NCBI GenBank assembly: GCA_963667505.2
Contig: OY763490.2
Location: 3,312,343-3,376,342 of the forward strand
Direction of reading: 5' to 3'
Source of the DNA: Acidimicrobiales bacterium
GTDB taxonomy: Bacteria > Actinomycetota > Acidimicrobiia > Acidimicrobiales > Aldehydirespiratoraceae
Length of the DNA: 64,000 bases
In this document: positions 62,793 through 64,000 of the stretch, piece by piece
How positions within the stretch are numbered: position 1 is the stretch's first letter
Layout: each line of letters begins with the position of its first letter
Notes under the pieces: generated by a model
What the model was told of the DNA's origin: nothing
Database searches by the model: none
The model's input: the letters and a program-made list of their open reading frames with translations, nothing else
Made by a program: the position numbers and the translations under genes

Positions 62793-63936
62793 TACCGGCG
62801 AAACGGGCCGAGGGGCCTGTCCGAGGCGCAGGCGCCCGGTAGGGGCGGGACTTCAGGGCCTCGTCGTCGATCTCGATCCCGAGGCCCGGCTCATCCGGCG
62901 GGGTCAACGCTCCGTCGGCCACCCGGTCCGGGACCAATGGGCATCCAGGGGCGACCGCGGCCCAGCACTCAGCCAGTGGGTAGGGATACTCGAGCAGGTC
63001 GATCGAGGGGGACGCCGAGGCCAGGTGCAGGTTGGCCGCCAGCGCGACCGGGCCCGAGGCAGTGTGGGGCACCACCCGAACGCCGGCTCGCCCGCCTGCG
63101 GCCGCGATGCGCATGGCCTCGGACAGCCCCCCGCATGTTGAGGCGTCGGGCTGCAGGACGCCGGCCCGATTCCTGCGTATCGCCTCCTCGAACTCGGCGA
63201 GGCCGAACATGTGCTCCCCGCAGGCGACCGGCACCGCCGACCGGGCCGCCACCGCATCCATCGCCGGGGGCGACTCCTGCAGCACTGGCTCCTCGAACCA
63301 CTCGATGCCCAGATCGGCCAGTTGCTCAGAGACGGACAGCGCGGTGTCCACCGTGAAGTTCTCGTTGCCGTCGATCATCAAGGCCACCGATGGGTCGAGC
63401 CGCTCGCGCAGACCCGCCAGGATCTCCAGATCGCTCTCCCAGTCGACTCCTATGCGCATCTTCACACCCCTCACCCCTGCCCTCAGCAGTGGGTCGAGCA
63501 GTTCGAGGTGCCAGTCCGGATCCCCCTCCTCCAAGAACACGCTCGACGCGTAGAGCGGCACCGGGTCCAACGATCCGCCCAGCATCACTGCCACCGGCTC
63601 GCCCCGGGCCTTTCCGAGCGCGTCCTGCAACGCCAACTCCAGGCCGCTGAGGGCTTGGGCGGCCACCCAGGTGTGACCGAGCCGGCGCCGTGTCCAGCTC
63701 CGGAGCTTGTGCATGAGCCGGTCGATGGCGTCCAGTTCCTCGCCAACCAGCAGTGGGGCGAAGGCGTCGGCCACGGCCGCCTCGATGACCGACGCATAGG
63801 TCAGGCCGAAGCTGTCGCAGGCCTCGCCCCATCCCACGATCCCGCTGTCGGTGGTCACCCGCATCAGGCAGTACGAGAGCGGCTCGCGGTCGTGGTCGAA
63901 GGTGAAGCCGAGAGCCTCGGCGCTGGCGATCCTCAT
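62785..63936 (-). CDS. enolase-superfamily enzyme (mandelate racemase/muconate lactonizing family)
   Basis: N-terminal capping-domain pattern (VGWGEA) and barrel motifs (MIDGNENF, WFEEP). 383 aa. Confidence 0.8.
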   Translation of the reverse strand: MRIASAEALGFTFDHDREPLSYCLMRVTTDSGIVGWGEACDSFGLTYASVIEAAVADAFAPLLVGEELDAIDRLMHKLRSWTRRRLGHTWVAAQALSGLELALQDALGKARGEPVAVMLGGSLDPVPLYASSVFLEEGDPDWHLELLDPLLRAGVRGVKMRIGVDWESDLEILAGLRERLDPSVALMIDGNENFTVDTALSVSEQLADLGIEWFEEPVLQESPPAMDAVAARSAVPVACGEHMFGLAEFEEAIRRNRAGVLQPDASTCGGLSEAMRIAAAGGRAGVRVVPHTASGPVALAANLHLASASPSIDLLEYPYPLAECWAAVAPGCPLVPDRVADGALTPPDEPGLGIEIDDEALKSRPYRAPAPRTGPSARFAGNV

Positions 63937-64000
63937 CCTCTCATCCTTTCACGTCGCAGGGACCGGCTCCGGTCCGGCCGAGACCGTCGTGGTGAGCTTC

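Overview
High-GC, actinobacterial-type chromosomal segment (taxonomy not verifiable here). It is densely coding. I saw no rRNA, tRNA, CRISPR array, transposase or integrase. Many long ORFs in the supplied track are Arg/Pro/Gly-rich shadow frames and were discarded. Five blocks. (1) 1-16.3 kb holds nitrogen-compound catabolism and uptake genes: hydantoinase B, an acyl-CoA ligase, a molybdo-hydroxylase whose Moco and FAD subunits are fused, a Rieske oxygenase, a BMP-family ABC importer, a 2OG oxygenase and an esterase. (2) 16.3-25.6 kb is a co-directional minus-strand array of a Rieske oxygenase, flavin reductase, TPP-dependent E1 alpha/beta, an orphan 91-aa lipoyl domain, an SDR, a methenyl-H4MPT cyclohydrolase (Mch) homologue, a second SDR and a Mer-like LLM oxidoreductase. 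Three paralogous small membrane-anchored coiled-coil genes are interspersed. (3) 25.7-28.8 kb is a small accessory islet with a retropepsin-like protease, a tail-anchored small protein, an amidase and VapBC. (4) 28.9-48.1 kb is the most unusual part. It is a 19-kb co-directional array built around a 3253-aa type I PKS with domain order KS-AT-DH-cMT-ER-KR-ACP-KS. The PKS ends in an orphan KS, and the catalytic Tyr of its KR reads His. The array also carries a free ACP, an Sfp-type PPTase, a PhyH-family oxygenase with HxG at the iron site (candidate halogenase), two alpha/beta-hydrolase paralogues, and three tandem NCS2-like permease paralogues that each have an extra C-terminal soluble domain. 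(5) 48.3-64 kb is a second catabolic block with Rieske oxygenases, an aldolase, DUF1989, MFS, cupin, CoA-transferase, formamidase, amidohydrolase, ADH, an FGGY kinase, VOC proteins and an enolase-superfamily enzyme. A recurring sequence-level oddity is short tandem duplication of gene-junction sequence (stop or start codon context) at five or more intergenic sites. All functional calls come from motif and pattern recognition by eye. No database search was run.
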